NCBI GenBank assembly: GCA_002189035.1
Contig: NEEC01000330.1
Coordinates: 1 to 26,003, forward strand
Reading direction: 5' to 3'
DNA length: 26,003 nt
DNA from: Utricularia gibba
Lineage: Eukaryota > Plantae > Magnoliophyta
A program made the position numbers and the translations under genes. Below are positions 24,900 to 26,003 of the stretch, piece after piece. The notes under the pieces are model-generated. The model did not search any database, was not told the DNA's origin, and saw only the letters and a list, made by a program, of their open reading frames with translations. The first letter of the stretch is position 1; the number at the start of each line of letters is the position of its first letter.

Positions 24900-26003
24900 A
24901 AGCTTTTCCTTGAGAAACCATGTAGGCAGCCAATTAAAACCCAACGTTAAGAAATGCATCAAGTTTTTTGCCGAGCCACAAATGACTATGGGCCCGAGCT
25001 CGACTCGACCACCTGCTCGATACCGTTGCCCCACGAGAGCGCCTTATCAAATATAAAGCATGCGGTTGAGAAAACCATTTGGGTGCTCATGACATCCTAA
25101 CTTCAATAAGTGCATCACGATTTTCGTCGAGTAGGACCCGATTGGCAAAGGAGTCAGACCGAACCTTGGGTCAGAACGAAGTTCACAACGACATCACCCG
25201 CCCAAAAACGACAAGCTTTTCCTTGAGAAACCATGTAGGCAGCCAATTAAAACCCAACGTTAAAAATGCATCAAGTTTTTTGCCGAGCTACAAATGACTA
25301 TGGGCCCGAGCTCGACTCGACCCCTGCTCGATACCGTTGCCCCACGAGAGCGCCTTATCAAATATAAAGCATGCGGTTGAGAAAACCATTTTGGGTGCTA
25401 TGACATCCTAACTTCAATAAGTGCAGCACGATTTTCGTCGAGTAGGACCCGATGTGGCAAAAGGAGTCAGACCGAACCTTGGGTCAGAACGAAGTTCACA
25501 ACGACATCACCCGCCCAAAAACGACAAGCTTTTCCTTGAAAAACCATGTAGGCAGCCAATTAAAACCCAACGTTAATAAATGCATCAAGTTTTTTGCCGA
25601 GCTACAAATGACTATGGGCCCGAGCTCGACTCGACCTCCTTCTCGATACCGTTGCCCCACGAGAGCGCCTCCTCAATATAAAGCATGCGGTTGAGAAAAC
25701 CATTTTGGGTGCTCATGACATCCTAACTTCAATAAGTGCATCACGATTTTCGTCGAGTAGGACCCGATGTGGAAAAAGGAGTCAGACCGAACCTTTGGTC
25801 AGAACGAAGTTCACAACGACATCACCCGCCCAAAAACGACAAGCTTTTCCTTGAGAAACCATGTAGGCAGCCAATTAAAACCCAACGTTAAAAATGCATC
25901 AAGTTTTTTGCCGAGCCACAAATGACTATGGGCCCGAGCTCGACTCGACCACCTGCTCGATACCGTTGCCCCACGAGAGCGCCTTATCAAATATAAAGCA
26001 TGC

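Larger units (their letters stand above)
1..26003. repeat. Tandem satellite DNA array, 315-bp consensus monomer, ~83-85 head-to-tail copies
   Basis: The anchor ACGACAAGCTTTTCCTTGA recurs at about 12, 311, 617, 909, 1219 ... 24585, 24900, 25213, 25526, 25841. Intact monomers measure 315 bp (e.g. 13630-13944, 14574-14888, 23642-23956, 24585-24899). No inverted copy or foreign insertion was seen. A hand count of the consensus gives 163/315 A+T (51.7%). Confidence 0.98.
1..26003. repeat. Possible family assignment: Silene distal/subtelomeric satellite (SacI / X43.1-like)
   Basis: Recalled, not verified by search: that family has a monomer of about 313 bp, roughly half AT, cut once by SacI. Here the monomer is 315 bp, 51.7% AT, with one GAGCTC per unit. 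No sequence-level comparison was possible. Confidence 0.4.
12692..26003. repeat. Right sub-array: near full-length monomers (mean ~313 bp) with interspersed A/B variants
   Basis: There are 42 periods between anchors at 12692 and 25841 (13149 bp, ~313 bp each). 17 of 43 monomers carry the B-type (C)CTTATCAAA/CCTATCAAA motif. Confidence 0.88.

Noticed and set aside
24639-24950. One frame has a single stop per 315-bp monomer (103-aa ORF MHQVFCRATNDY...PIKTQR), and the monomer length is a multiple of 3
   Set aside because: About 5 stops are expected per frame. One or fewer has roughly a 4-5% chance per frame, or about 1 in 4 over six frames. Most copies are disrupted by indels and there is no recognisable domain.
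66-25694. All ORFs in the six-frame track, including the longest (12702-13367, 221 aa; 2493-3059, 188 aa)
   Set aside because: They are translations of the same monomer. The longer ones arise only where indels fuse frames, starts and stops vary from copy to copy, and I recognise no protein family.
1-26003. CRISPR array
   Set aside because: There are no unique spacers; the entire 315 bp is repeated, and no cas genes are present.
1-26003. 5S rDNA, tRNA or other small-RNA gene tandem array
   Set aside because: I could not find a recognisable 5S coding region, tRNA cloverleaf or Pol III box arrangement on either strand.
1-26003. Rolling-circle concatemer of one small circle (viroid-like RNA, retrozyme or single eccDNA)
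   Set aside because: There is no hammerhead core (CUGANGA) on either strand of the consensus. Linked recurrent multi-base haplotypes in ordered patterns do not fit copying of a single 315-nt template. A larger multi-monomer circle cannot be excluded.
1-26003. Single-base length differences in homopolymer runs (T6, A4/A5, C4, G3) as biological variants
   Set aside because: They are scattered and unlinked, which is typical of long-read error.

Overview
The whole 26-kb window is one head-to-tail tandem array (satellite DNA) of a 315-bp consensus monomer, roughly 83-85 copies, all in the same orientation, with no unique flanking sequence. The monomer is about 52% AT and carries one each of the HindIII, AclI, NsiI, ApaI, SacI and SphI sites, plus BspHI in most copies. 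I see no credible genes, RNA genes, CRISPR array or mobile element; every ORF in the track is a frame-shifted translation of the same monomer. From memory, and unverified, the length, AT content and SacI site resemble the Silene latifolia distal/subtelomeric satellite (SacI/X43.1 family). The indel-rich pattern looks like a noisy long read or low-coverage consensus, so some irregularities may be technical. Structure visible in the sequence: (1) the monomer is a diverged dimer of two ~157-bp subunits; (2) two linked sequence haplotypes (A/B) are interspersed, often alternating, right of ~13.2 kb; (3) a tentative 9-monomer (~2.82-kb) higher-order repeat occurs three times; (4) the left block has a deletion hotspot inside a potential hairpin, and this vanishes after ~12.7 kb; (5) there is a scrambled zone at ~10.3-11.8 kb. 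I cannot support a new gene-based biological system here; the interest lies in satellite architecture and evolution.
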